From Octopus bimaculoides (taxonomy: Eukaryota): a DNA stretch of 64,000 bases. The position numbers were made by a program, and so were the translations under genes. Positions 63,942 through 64,000 of this stretch are shown one piece after another. The stretch is taken from the NCBI RefSeq assembly GCF_001194135.2, contig NC_068990.1, forward strand, positions 77,987,458 through 78,051,457, given 5' to 3'. A model generated the notes under the pieces. The model ran no database searches. It saw only the letters and a program-made list of their open reading frames with translations, and was not told the origin of the DNA. How positions within the stretch are numbered: the first letter of the stretch is position 1; each line of letters opens with the position of its first letter.

Positions 63942-64000
<59 letters not shown>

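Overview
AT-rich, repeat-saturated eukaryotic genomic DNA with 17 assembly gaps. The repeat content (dense tRNA-derived SINEs, RTE LINE tails ending in (GAT)n, very abundant (TA)n/(CA)n/(AAT)n microsatellites, very long introns) suggests a coleoid cephalopod, probably Octopus; this is inference, no search was run. The only host gene I can support is a SYD-1/SYDE/RhoGAP100F-like RhoGAP on the + strand. Two of its exons (25368-25528 and 44993-45191) splice in frame across a 19.5-kb intron; its other exons were not found. The rest is intronic or flanking mobile DNA: a Penelope-like (RT thumb + GIY-YIG) remnant, several R4/Dong-like RLE LINEs sitting in (AAT)n tracts, RTE and CR1-like remnants, two mariners (one full-length and Hsmar1-like), hAT and piggyBac-like MITEs, fold-back elements and at least four SINE families. 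The most interesting signal is a set of hammerhead-ribozyme (HHR) motifs found by eye. One near-canonical type I HHR lies sense to the host gene (22198-22270). Several minimal HHRs have palindromic stem III, and two loci carry head-to-head inverted HHR-bearing arms, consistent with Penelope pLTR/retrozyme-like elements. All folds and alignments were done by hand, and most repeat boundaries are approximate. Nearly all ORFs in the supplied track are microsatellite or gap artefacts.
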